DNA of 18,473 nt, from positions 1-18,473 of the forward strand of contig JBJKQR010000026.1 in the NCBI GenBank assembly GCA_046735395.1, given 5' to 3'. The position numbers and the translations under genes are program-made. Origin of the DNA: Fidelibacterota bacterium. Lineage in GTDB: Bacteria; Fidelibacterota; Fidelibacteria; Fidelibacterales; DSDE01. The notes below the pieces were generated by a model, which was not told the origin of the DNA, did no database searches, and saw only the letters and a program-made list of their open reading frames with translations. Shown here in pieces: positions 1-8,035 of the stretch (position 1 is its first letter; every line of letters begins with the position of its first letter).

Positions 1-1
1 G

Positions 2-202
2 GAAATTTTTGTCTCATCTTTTTGGAAGTCCGAAATACATCCTAAAGTTGATATTTTTGAGAAGACTTGGGTTCTCTCTCGAAAATACTCTGATACATGC
101 GAGTACTTTATAAGGAACGACTATTTATATAAAAATATGTACCTGAATGCGATGGCCGGCACTAAAACTCTCAATTTATCCCTGGGATACGAGTTTAAAT
201 AA
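2..202 (+). CDS. 3' end of a gene running in from the left edge; possible outer-membrane beta-barrel protein
   Basis: Manual translation: frame 2 is open from the window edge to TAA at 200-202 (EIFVSSFWKSEIHPKVDIFEKTWVLSRKYSDTCEYFIRNDYLYKNMYLNAMAGTKTLNLSLGYEFK*). The C-terminal LNLSLGYEF(K) has alternating hydrophobic residues and a YxF ending, resembling the BAM beta-signal. It is missing from the ORF track because the start lies outside the window. Confidence 0.55.
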   Translation, partial: EIFVSSFWKSEIHPKVDIFEKTWVLSRKYSDTCEYFIRNDYLYKNMYLNAMAGTKTLNLSLGYEFK

Positions 203-338
203 CAGAGCCGGACCAGCATTCGGATATTCAGATATTTTTTCTCCTCCATATATTGATGCGTCTGAAATAGGGAAAAGGAATATTTGTGTCTGCAGCTGAG
301 ATTAGTATTTTAAACAGGAATTGCACGAAGATATCTGA

Positions 339-412
339 CCACGGATGGTACGGATTGACACGGAAAAAGAGGAAGAAATACCAGAGTTCGTGTTCTTTTG
401 TGTTCTTCGTGG
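339..412 (+). repeat. Imperfect inverted repeat (REP/MITE-like hairpin) built from ~9-10 nt periodic units
   Basis: Left arm 339-364 CCACGGATGGTACGGATTGACACGGA pairs without gaps to right arm 387-412 TTCGTGTTCTTTTGTGTTCTTCGTGG: 15 Watson-Crick pairs, 8 G-T/U pairs and 3 mismatches, with a 22-nt purine-rich loop. Confidence 0.7.
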
Positions 413-480
413 ATAAAAAATAGCTGTGGTATGTATCTGGCTCGATTGCGGTTTTCGACCCATGGCCACTTATTCAGGAT

Positions 481-520
481 AAAAAAAAGGCCCGGAATGC
501 GGACTCTCCAGGCCTTTTTT
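481..520 (-). terminator. Intrinsic (Rho-independent) terminator of the RND operon, probably bidirectional
   Basis: Plus strand reads A8-GGCCCGGA-atgcggactc-TCCAGGCC-T6. On the minus strand the stem GGCCTGGA/TCCGGGCC (one G-U pair) is followed by 8 U, about 20 nt after the permease stop at 540. Confidence 0.85.
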
Positions 521-539
521 CTGATATTTTTATTGGTGA

Positions 540-3500
540 TCAGAGCGGATTCTCGTCCGGGACAGTTTGAATCTCATGGTATTCACTTCGGCTATGTATT
601 TTTCGGTGGATGCTGTCTCTGACCGCTTTCAGGTCAGCTATCGTCATGAGGGCCGCCGGCAGCAGCCCGAGTGTCAGCAGTGTGCCGAAGAGCAGTCCGA
701 AGGCGATGGATACGGCCATGGGGACCAGAAACTGGCCTCCTGAACTCTTTGCGAAAATGAGGGGAGCCAGTCCGATGGCGGTAGTGATGGTGGTCATGAT
801 GATGGGGCGAAAACGCTGTACCGCCGCCAGATGAGCCGCTTCCGCCACCGTGTGCTGTCCCGCCTTCATGATCTGATTATAGCGGTCGATGAGCACCACG
901 CTGTCATTGACAATAATACCTGCCAGGGCCACAGATCCGAGGAAGGAGATGAAGGAGATGGGGATGTGCATGATATAGTGTCCGATGGTAGCTCCGATGA
1001 AACCCAGCGGAATGAGAGACATGACCAGGAGTGTCTGCGGATAGCTTTTTAGAAGAATGAGGAGAATGGTGAACATGAGGATGACGGCAATAAGCGAGGA
1101 AAACGCCATGGATTTGACGCTTTTCTGAACGAATTCGCTCTGGCCGCCGGTTCCGCGGCTGACACCCGGAAAATCAGCGAGCAGGGCAGGGAGGATATCT
1201 TCGTTGATTTCCCGGCTGACCACACTCAGGTCATTCTTCGAATAGTCCAGATTGGCATACACGCTCACCGCCCGGTATCCGTCCCGGTGGCGAATCCGTT
1301 TCATGCTTCGCTGTATGCTGTAATCGGCAATTTCCTTGAATGGAATATAGGCACCCGCGGGCGTCAGAATTTTCAGATTCTCAATCTGGGTGATCCGGGC
1401 GCGGTCTTCCGGCGCAAAGCGTACCCAGATTTTCACTTCATCCCGTCCGCGCTGAAGGCGCATCACTTCCTGTCCGTAAAAGCCCTGCCTCAGCTGACTG
1501 GTCACATTCTGCACCGTCAGTCCCAGCGCCTTGCCGCGGTTCTTCAGGCTGACAATGAATTCATTGCTTCCGAGCGGTGTGTCATCCTGAATATCCTTCA
1601 CGCCGTCGATATTTCTCAGTTCATCCTTGAAGCGTTCCTTGATAGCCTTGAGCTGTTCCGTATCCCGGCTGAGAAAACGGTAGGAAATGGGACTGCCTCC
1701 GAAAAAGGATGCTCCCTGGATATTTACGCTTTCCGCCTCGGGAAAATCCCCGATGGCCCCTGCAAGCTCATTACTGAATTCATTAACGGAAAATTCCCGT
1801 TCTTCCTTCGGGGGGAGGACCAGAAAAATGGAGATAGTATTTCCATTGCTCCAGCTTACATAATTTTCAATCATATTATCACTGCGATGTCCTTCATCGG
1901 CTTTTTTTCTGCCGAATATCAGGGCCGAGGCAATAACCGTATCTCGAAGCGCATCACTGCGGGCGGCGGTCATCCCGGCCGGAATTTCGACATTTATCTG
2001 GGCATAGGGTTCTTCTATCTCCGGAAAGAACTGTGCCCGGATATGTGTCCCCTGAAAGGCACCGAGAATGATGAGAATCAGCGCGAAGACAAGAGCCGAA
2101 ATGCTGTAGCGGTTTCGGATGCAGAATTTGACGAAGGGAGCGTAGTACCGGGTTGTCAGAATCGTAATGAAGTGATTCAAGCGCTGTCGAAGAGCGTTTT
2201 CCCCTTTGTTTCTACGGAGAGCCTTGCTGTGGGCCAGGTGAGCCGGCAGCAGCAGGGTTGCCTCCAGCAGGGAGAACGCGAGCGCGATCATGGACATAAG
2301 CCCGATCTGCCAGACGTACTGGCCCAGCTCGCCATAGAGGGACAGGTAGATGCTGAAGGCAATAATCGTGGTGACCACTGAGATGGCAACGGGGTGGATT
2401 ACCTCCATCGTTCCTTCCACAGCCGCATCAAAGGCGCTGAGTCCTTCATTTTCCCATTTCGCATAGATACTTTCTCCGATGACAATGGCATCATCCACCA
2501 GAATCCCGATTACCATGATCATTCCGAACAGCGACATCTCGTTGATGGTGATGCCGATAAGCCATTGAACGAAGAAAAGACCCATGAAGGATATCGGAAT
2601 TCCCATCGCCACCCAGAAGGACAGACGCAGATTCAGGAAAAATCCCAGAACAAACAGAACCATGGCCAGGCCGATGAGTCCGTTTGTTGTCAGAGTGCCG
2701 AGGCGTTCATTCAGTTCGTCCACGTCGCGGATCAGAGGTTCGAAACTCACCAGTCCGGCATAGCGTGCATTGTATTCCTCAAGTTTGCTGTCCAGAAGTT
2801 TGGCAATGTCGACCACATCCTCGTTATTATTGTACATGACATTCATGCCCACGGAGATCTTATTCCGTGATTCGGCATAGAAAACATTATCGGGCCATTG
2901 TTCCCGGACACTGCAGATATCACCCAGAAGAATTTCCCGGCCGTCAATACCGGAAATGAGGGGAATCGTCTCCAGGCCCCGCGCCTGATATTTCTTCTCA
3001 TAACTGCGGATGAGAATTTCCTCCTGACTCGTCACAATGCTTCCGGCGCTGATATTCAGATTCTGAGACCGGATGGCCTGACTGATGGCATTGATGGTGA
3101 GGCCATACCGCTGCAGCATTCCCGGATTCACTTCCACAACGATCTGCCGATCCGGGATACCCCAGGTATTGATCTGAGAAATCTTTCCTGATTTCAGCAG
3201 ATCATCCCGGAATTCCTCCATGACCTGCTTCAGGGTGAAGAGATTTTCAGGACCGTGCAGGATGATGAGCATTGCCCGGTTCCATTGGGTATTCTGGTAA
3301 ATGACGGGCTTTTCTGCTGCTGCCGGATAATCACTGATAGTATTGACTGCATTCCGGACCTTGTCCAGTGTCTTGCTGATGTCGGCCGACGGATCCACCT
3401 CAATGAACACTTCTCCGTAGTTATCCATACTCAGTGATGTGGTCTGAACGATGCCCTCCAGGCCCTTGAGATTCTCTTCGATCTTATTGATCAGGCCTTC

Positions 3501-3683
3501 CTCCACCTCAATGGCGGAGGCACCGGGGAACGGAATATCCACAGACAGATAATTCAGTTCCATTTTAGGCCAGATGCGCATTTTCAGGTTCATCAGGCCG
3601 ATCGCTCCGGCCAGAAGGATGACCAGCATAATCCAGTTTGTGATGATGGAGTGACGGATGAAATAGCTGATAAAATTTTTCAT
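540..3683 (-). CDS. RND efflux transporter permease subunit (AcrB/AcrD/AcrF family)
   Basis: 1047 aa with the RND layout: an N-terminal TM, two large periplasmic loops and two TM blocks. Motifs include PGASAIEVE, GILVDDAIVIGE (proton-relay DD), GIIVNDSVVLID, RFRPIIMTTITT and PMAVSIAFGLLFGTLLTL. Confidence 0.95.
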   Translation of the reverse strand: MKNFISYFIRHSIITNWIMLVILLAGAIGLMNLKMRIWPKMELNYLSVDIPFPGASAIEVEEGLINKIEENLKGLEGIVQTTSLSMDNYGEVFIEVDPSADISKTLDKVRNAVNTISDYPAAAEKPVIYQNTQWNRAMLIILHGPENLFTLKQVMEEFRDDLLKSGKISQINTWGIPDRQIVVEVNPGMLQRYGLTINAISQAIRSQNLNISAGSIVTSQEEILIRSYEKKYQARGLETIPLISGIDGREILLGDICSVREQWPDNVFYAESRNKISVGMNVMYNNNEDVVDIAKLLDSKLEEYNARYAGLVSFEPLIRDVDELNERLGTLTTNGLIGLAMVLFVLGFFLNLRLSFWVAMGIPISFMGLFFVQWLIGITINEMSLFGMIMVIGILVDDAIVIGESIYAKWENEGLSAFDAAVEGTMEVIHPVAISVVTTIIAFSIYLSLYGELGQYVWQIGLMSMIALAFSLLEATLLLPAHLAHSKALRRNKGENALRQRLNHFITILTTRYYAPFVKFCIRNRYSISALVFALILIILGAFQGTHIRAQFFPEIEEPYAQINVEIPAGMTAARSDALRDTVIASALIFGRKKADEGHRSDNMIENYVSWSNGNTISIFLVLPPKEEREFSVNEFSNELAGAIGDFPEAESVNIQGASFFGGSPISYRFLSRDTEQLKAIKERFKDELRNIDGVKDIQDDTPLGSNEFIVSLKNRGKALGLTVQNVTSQLRQGFYGQEVMRLQRGRDEVKIWVRFAPEDRARITQIENLKILTPAGAYIPFKEIADYSIQRSMKRIRHRDGYRAVSVYANLDYSKNDLSVVSREINEDILPALLADFPGVSRGTGGQSEFVQKSVKSMAFSSLIAVILMFTILLILLKSYPQTLLVMSLIPLGFIGATIGHYIMHIPISFISFLGSVALAGIIVNDSVVLIDRYNQIMKAGQHTVAEAAHLAAVQRFRPIIMTTITTAIGLAPLIFAKSSGGQFLVPMAVSIAFGLLFGTLLTLGLLPAALMTIADLKAVRDSIHRKIHSRSEYHEIQTVPDENPL

Positions 3684-3698
3684 TGTGCTTCCCCGTAT

Positions 3699-4916
3699 CT
3701 ACAGTTCTTCACTGGAATCGTCAGCTGCATCCGCATCCGGCATCAGAATGCCCAGGGGATCCGTAAAGCGGATATCCATCCCGATGAGCGGTTTCTGCAG
3801 CTGGGTCGTCACGACGCGCAGACGGCCGGGAATAGGCGTGGATGTGAATATATAATCATCCTGGCTGGCGGTCACCTGAACGGGCAGAGATCCGAGCCGG
3901 AAGCTGTCCGCGACAAAGATACGGTTATCCTGATTGAGAAGGTGACGCGGGAGCCGGCATACATTCTTCAGGATCCGCCCGGGAATACGCACATCCACAA
4001 AATTACCGGGAAAGAAGGCCGGATTCAGATCCTTATTGTTCAGCGCCACATGCACCGATACGGTCTGGGAGCTGCGGTCGAGTGTGGTATTATACCGGGC
4101 AATTTTTCCATCCAGATGTAGTGCCGACTGGCCGGGGGCGAGAATCACTGCCGGATTTCCGGTTTGGATATCAAGCTCATTGAAATCACTGAGGGGAAGG
4201 GGAACGGCTACTTCCAGATTTACCGCATCACTGATTTCGGCGAGAATCTGTCCCGGGTTGACAATACTTCCTTCCCGAATACCGTCCGACACCACATATC
4301 CGTCAAAGGGGGCGGCCAGCGTATGATAGGCAAGCTGGAGTTCAGCATTTTTTACATTATAATACATGCTGTAGATGTTTCTGAGACTGACCTTGATCTT
4401 TTCCCTCTGAGATGTGACGGAGGGCAGGGGCGGTGTTTCCGTCCGGATATCCAGCGTAGACAGGTACCGGTTCCATTTATCATAGCAGGGCTTGTCTTCC
4501 CCGTTTACGAAGTCGGGAATGAGGGATACAATGGCATTGATCAGATTTGCCCGGGAAAGGTATACGGTATTTTCCGCCTCACGCCGGTCAATCTCAATCA
4601 GAATATCACCCTTTCGAACGGCCGTGCCGGCCTTCAGGTCATTGCGGCTGTAGACCACCTGTCCGTTCACGGCAGAACTGAGAGACAGGCGATTGACGGA
4701 TCGGATGGTGCCGCTTCCGCTGATCTGAAGCTGAAAATCCTTGTATTCCGGCACAATCACATCGACTTTCCGGGAGGCCTTCGCTGTGGATTTATGGTTT
4801 GATACTTTCTGTGTGGTTGCCAGCAGCTGCATGATCAGCAGGCCGGAAATGATTATAATGATGGTAGAAATTCCCTTCCAGCCTCTGGATAAGAAAAAAT
4901 GCAACACGTTTGTCAT
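3699..4916 (-). CDS. RND efflux periplasmic adaptor (membrane fusion protein)
   Basis: 405 aa with an N-terminal TM helix. Lipoyl-like halves SAVNGQV...GTAVRKGDILIEID and LAAPFDGYV...GSIVNPGQIL flank a helical hairpin, followed by FFPGNFVDVRI. It lies 15 nt upstream of the permease and has an RBS-like GAAGGGA before the ATG. Confidence 0.92.
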   Translation of the reverse strand: MTNVLHFFLSRGWKGISTIIIIISGLLIMQLLATTQKVSNHKSTAKASRKVDVIVPEYKDFQLQISGSGTIRSVNRLSLSSAVNGQVVYSRNDLKAGTAVRKGDILIEIDRREAENTVYLSRANLINAIVSLIPDFVNGEDKPCYDKWNRYLSTLDIRTETPPLPSVTSQREKIKVSLRNIYSMYYNVKNAELQLAYHTLAAPFDGYVVSDGIREGSIVNPGQILAEISDAVNLEVAVPLPLSDFNELDIQTGNPAVILAPGQSALHLDGKIARYNTTLDRSSQTVSVHVALNNKDLNPAFFPGNFVDVRIPGRILKNVCRLPRHLLNQDNRIFVADSFRLGSLPVQVTASQDDYIFTSTPIPGRLRVVTTQLQKPLIGMDIRFTDPLGILMPDADAADDSSEEL

Positions 4917-4944
4917 ATTCTGTCCCTTCGTTTCTTAGGTTGTT

Positions 4945-4961
4945 GACGTCAGTATGACGTC
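4945..4961. promoter_or_regulatory. Palindromic operator-like site GACGTCA-gta-TGACGTC
   Basis: Perfect 7-3-7 inverted repeat, which is also a TGACGTC direct repeat at 11-bp spacing (4944-4950, 4955-4961). It overlaps the putative -10 and start site of the RND operon. Confidence 0.4.
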
Positions 4962-4984
4962 CATTCCCGGAATATTGTTGTCAC
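4956..4984 (-). promoter_or_regulatory. Candidate ECF sigma-factor promoter for the RND operon
   Basis: Minus strand reads GTGACAAC-N17-CGTC(ATA), matching the general ECF pattern of -35 'AAC' and -10 'CGT'. The -10 element is about 40 nt upstream of the adaptor ATG. Confidence 0.5.
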
Positions 4985-5168
4985 TTTTTTATAAAAATAA
5001 TCCATCGATTCCCTTATGCAGACTTGCCGGTTCAGGGAATTGCCCTGAGTAAGGATTCACAGAGGAATGATTTGCCGGCTTTCCTGTTTCGGGCGGAGAA
5101 AAAATAGTGTAAATTCCGCCGATACCAATAAGGGTTGAGATGGAAATTGAAAGCGGAAAGGCAGAGCG

Positions 5169-6581
5169 ATGAGCGAAAAAGAATCACTATTGAAAAAGAG
5201 AATACATATTTATGATGATATTGACGATTCCATTAAGGGTGATATCAGCAAATTAGGCGAAGCGTATTCCCGCTTCATCAGCGCAGCGAAAACAGAACGT
5301 GAGGCGGTGCGCATTCTCAGTTCCGGACTTGCAGATCAGGGATTTATCCCGATGGAAAAAGCGACGAAGCCCGGAAAGGTTTATATGGACCATCTGGGAA
5401 AATCCCTCGCGGCCTTTGTACCCGGACGCCGGGATATCCGGGATGGCCTGAATATCATCGTCGGCCATATCGACAGCCCGCGGCTTGATCTGAAACCCAG
5501 CCCGCTCTATGAAGATCAGCAGCTGGCCTTTTTCAAGACCCATTATTACGGCGGCATTAAGAAATATCAGTGGCTGTCCCGGCCGCTGGCTATCCATGGT
5601 GTCATCTTTCTGGCTGACGGAAGCCGGAAGGATGTGGTGCTGGGAGAGGACGAAGAAGACCCGGTCTTCACTATCGCCGATCTGCTGCCTCATCTGGCCG
5701 GAAAAGCGCAGATGGACAAGAAGGCCAACGAATTCATCGAAGCGGAAAAGCTGAATCTGCTCATCGGATCCGAACCTGAGAATAAGGAAAAGGACGGCGA
5801 CGATCAGCGTGTCCGCAGGCATGTCATGAAAATTCTGGCCGACCGGTACGGAATCCGGGAAGAAGATTTCATTTCGGCTGACCTGGAAGTGGTGCCGGCG
5901 GGCAGGGCCAGGGATATCGGCCTGGATCGCTCTCTCATCGGTGCCTACGGCCATGATGACAGAGTCTGTTCATGGGCCGGCTATAATGCGCTGTGCCGGA
6001 TGGAAGAAGGTGACAGGCCTTCGCTTCTGCTCTTGCTGGATAAGGAGGAAATCGGATCTGCCGGAGCCAGCGGCGCCCACAGCTGGATACTTGAAATGAT
6101 GGTCGGCCGTATCCTGGCTCTCTACAATCAGGATTCCTATTCGGCAATGAGAGACTGTCTCAGCCGGTCAGCCTGTCTGTCCGCGGATGTGAATGCGGCC
6201 GTGCATCCTGACTATATCAGTGTGCATGATAAACTCAATGCGGCCTGGCTGAATGAAGGCGTGGTGCTCACCAAATACACCGGTGTACGGGGTAAATCCG
6301 GCGCCAGCGAAGCCAATGCTGAATTCATCGCGGCTCTGAGAGGCCTCTTTGGCGATCACAACATTCGCTGGCAGAGCGCGGAGCTGGGCAGGACCGATGA
6401 AGGCGGCGGCGGAACCATTGCCCTTTTCATGGCCTATTACGGTATGCAGGTGGTGGATCTCGGTATCGGGCTCCTCGACATGCATTCTCCCTTCGAAATT
6501 GCTTCAAAAGCGGATCTGTACATGATGGAGAAGGCCTTTCATGCCTTTTTCAACACCTTCTCCGGTGTCTCCGCTAAATGA
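5169..6581 (+). CDS. M18 family (aspartyl-type) zinc aminopeptidase
   Basis: 470 aa with M18 motifs: AKTERE, GHIDSPRLDLKP, KTHYYGGIKKYQW, GAYGHDDRVC, DKEEIGS, SADV, GGGTIA and MHSPFE. Confidence 0.93.
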   Translation: MSEKESLLKKRIHIYDDIDDSIKGDISKLGEAYSRFISAAKTEREAVRILSSGLADQGFIPMEKATKPGKVYMDHLGKSLAAFVPGRRDIRDGLNIIVGHIDSPRLDLKPSPLYEDQQLAFFKTHYYGGIKKYQWLSRPLAIHGVIFLADGSRKDVVLGEDEEDPVFTIADLLPHLAGKAQMDKKANEFIEAEKLNLLIGSEPENKEKDGDDQRVRRHVMKILADRYGIREEDFISADLEVVPAGRARDIGLDRSLIGAYGHDDRVCSWAGYNALCRMEEGDRPSLLLLLDKEEIGSAGASGAHSWILEMMVGRILALYNQDSYSAMRDCLSRSACLSADVNAAVHPDYISVHDKLNAAWLNEGVVLTKYTGVRGKSGASEANAEFIAALRGLFGDHNIRWQSAELGRTDEGGGGTIALFMAYYGMQVVDLGIGLLDMHSPFEIASKADLYMMEKAFHAFFNTFSGVSAK

Positions 6582-6613
6582 GGAAATATTTTCCCCTCAG
6601 GCCGTTATTTGTG

Positions 6614-6642
6614 TTGAATTAACTGATTTATTGTAATATGTT
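6614..6642 (+). promoter_or_regulatory. Candidate sigma70-type promoter for the cheY cluster
   Basis: TTGAAT-N17-TATGTT in an AT-rich intergenic region about 105 nt upstream of cheY. Confidence 0.4.
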
Positions 6643-6748
6643 TCATAAATTAATGTGGAAATAAAAGCGAAAGCTGATACGATGGTTAAATGCGGGAAAC
6701 GAAATTCGAATATTAAGGACCAAGCAATAAGGTAAGAGGGATACTACC

Positions 6749-7123
6749 ATGGCAGGAAAGCGAGTGCTGACGGTTGACGATTCGCCCACGATGAGGAGGA
6801 TCATTGTTAATTCACTGAAAAAGATTGGTTTTGATGACATTATTGAAGCGGATAACGGTGTTCAGGGCCTGGAAATGCTGGAATCGAATGAAGTCGACCT
6901 GATCATTACGGATTGGAATATGCCGGAGATGAATGGCGAACAGTTTGTAAAGAAGCTCCGCAGTGATGACAAGTACAAGGATACTCCCATCATCATGATT
7001 ACGACGCGCGGAATGAAGGATGATGTGCTGACGGCTGTGAAAATGGGCGTCAACGGCTATGTGGTAAAACCCTTCACTCCGGAAATTCTCAAACAAAAAT
7101 TATCGACTGTAATTACGATCTGA
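6749..7123 (+). CDS. cheY: Chemotaxis response regulator CheY
   Basis: 124-aa single receiver domain with VDDSPTMRRII, the CheY-typical phospho-site ITDWNMPEMNG, MITT and GYVVKPFTPEILKQK. RBS GAGGG. Adjacent to a cheZ-like gene. Confidence 0.9.
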   Translation: MAGKRVLTVDDSPTMRRIIVNSLKKIGFDDIIEADNGVQGLEMLESNEVDLIITDWNMPEMNGEQFVKKLRSDDKYKDTPIIMITTRGMKDDVLTAVKMGVNGYVVKPFTPEILKQKLSTVITI

Positions 7124-7134
7124 TGGAGGAATAG

Positions 7135-7761
7135 ATGGATTCAATCAACAGCTCAATGAACGAAATTGTTCAGAAGATAGAGGAAATGCGGGGCTTTTTC
7201 AAGGTTGGGGATGAAGTGATTCCCTTTCTCGCTGATTTATTCAATTTTCTCAAGGACGTGATGCCATTGGTCACTGAAGTCAATACATCCCTGAAGGATG
7301 GTGCACATAAACTTCCCACTGCCTCCGACAGAATTTCCGATGTAACCCAGGCCACCGAGATGGCCACCAATGAAATTCTGGATAAACTGGATCAGATAAA
7401 CAACATGGTTGCTGATATCCGTGGTTCCGTGAAGAAGAACAAGGCCGAGACTCTCGATAATATCGAAGGAATTATCATGGATATTATCTTTGCTCTTCAG
7501 TTTCAGGATATTACATCCCAGAAACTGGAACATGCCACCCGGATTCTCAATGCCATTTACACGAAATTCACGACACTTTTTGCCAGTATAGACAAGCTGA
7601 GGGCAAACTCAATATTCGGTGCAAAGGTGGCCAATGCACTGGCAGAAATCGAAGATTCTGACGATGTCGTGAAGAATCGCGAAGAATTCAATCAGGAAAC
7701 AGAGGATGTGATCAGGCACGAAAGCATTTCACAGGACGATATCGACCAGCTTTTTTCCTGA
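7135..7761 (+). CDS. cheZ: CheY-P phosphatase, CheZ family
   Basis: 208 aa, helical. It has the catalytic DxxxQ motif ALQFQDITSQKL (compare E. coli FQDLTGQ), an upstream TQATEMATNEILD segment and the C-terminal CheY-binding-type peptide ISQDDIDQLFS. RBS GGAGGA, 11 nt after cheY. Confidence 0.85.
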   Translation: MDSINSSMNEIVQKIEEMRGFFKVGDEVIPFLADLFNFLKDVMPLVTEVNTSLKDGAHKLPTASDRISDVTQATEMATNEILDKLDQINNMVADIRGSVKKNKAETLDNIEGIIMDIIFALQFQDITSQKLEHATRILNAIYTKFTTLFASIDKLRANSIFGAKVANALAEIEDSDDVVKNREEFNQETEDVIRHESISQDDIDQLFS

Positions 7762-7774
7762 CAGCTCTTTAATC

Positions 7775-8029
7775 ATGAAACCGAGTAAAATCCTGAAAAA
7801 CATTCCGCCTTCGGGAGGAGAGAAGCCTCAGGCCCGGCGGGTGCGCGTATTCAAGAGTACGGCACTGGGTGATGGCGATACGGTAACGATCGTCTCTGAA
7901 AAGGGCCAGGTTCTCAAACGGTCCGAAGCGGAAGTCACGCCGATTGTTGAGGATGGCGTGATTGTGGGTGTCGTGCATCAATGCACTTGTGGAAAAAAAT
8001 CTGAAATCCGTTTTGAATTTGAAGAGTAG
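7775..8029 (+). CDS. Small hypothetical protein with a C-terminal H-x-C-x-C-G motif
   Basis: 84-aa ORF that exactly fills the gap between cheZ (13 nt) and fapA (6 nt) on the same strand. The C-terminus is beta-rich: VTPIVEDGVIVGVVHQCTCGKKSEIRFEFEE. Confidence 0.75.
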   Translation: MKPSKILKNIPPSGGEKPQARRVRVFKSTALGDGDTVTIVSEKGQVLKRSEAEVTPIVEDGVIVGVVHQCTCGKKSEIRFEFEE

Positions 8030-8035
8030 GTTCCC

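Noticed and set aside
121..249. Minus-strand 42-codon ORF (MEEKKYLNIRML...) and a GGAGGAG RBS-like sequence at 241-247
   Set aside because: It is short and antisense to the better-supported plus-strand gene end. The GGAGGAG has no properly spaced start codon after it.
339..412. Periodic repeat considered as a CRISPR remnant
   Set aside because: The units are ~9-10 nt with no spacers, form an inverted pair, and no cas genes are present.
398..622. 74-aa plus-strand ORF
   Set aside because: It starts inside the hairpin repeat, runs through the terminator and overlaps the permease 3' end. There is no RBS or protein-like signal.
610..4938. Plus-strand ORFs opposite the RND genes (e.g. 1287-2381, 364 aa; 4164-4802, 212 aa)
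   Set aside because: Antisense shadows of well-supported genes with no recognisable motifs; such open frames are expected from codon bias.
5032..5120. Small inverted repeats TCAGGG/CCCTGA (5032-5048) and GGCGGA/TCCGCC (5092-5120) in the divergent intergenic region
   Set aside because: The stems are only 6 bp with no U-tract or known motif, which is compatible with chance.
6640..6720. Possible sigma28 promoter or c-di-GMP riboswitch upstream of cheY (TAAA..., GCGAAAGC, GCTGATAC)
   Set aside because: No TAAA-N15-GCCGATAA match at the correct spacing, and the GEMM two-hairpin architecture is absent.
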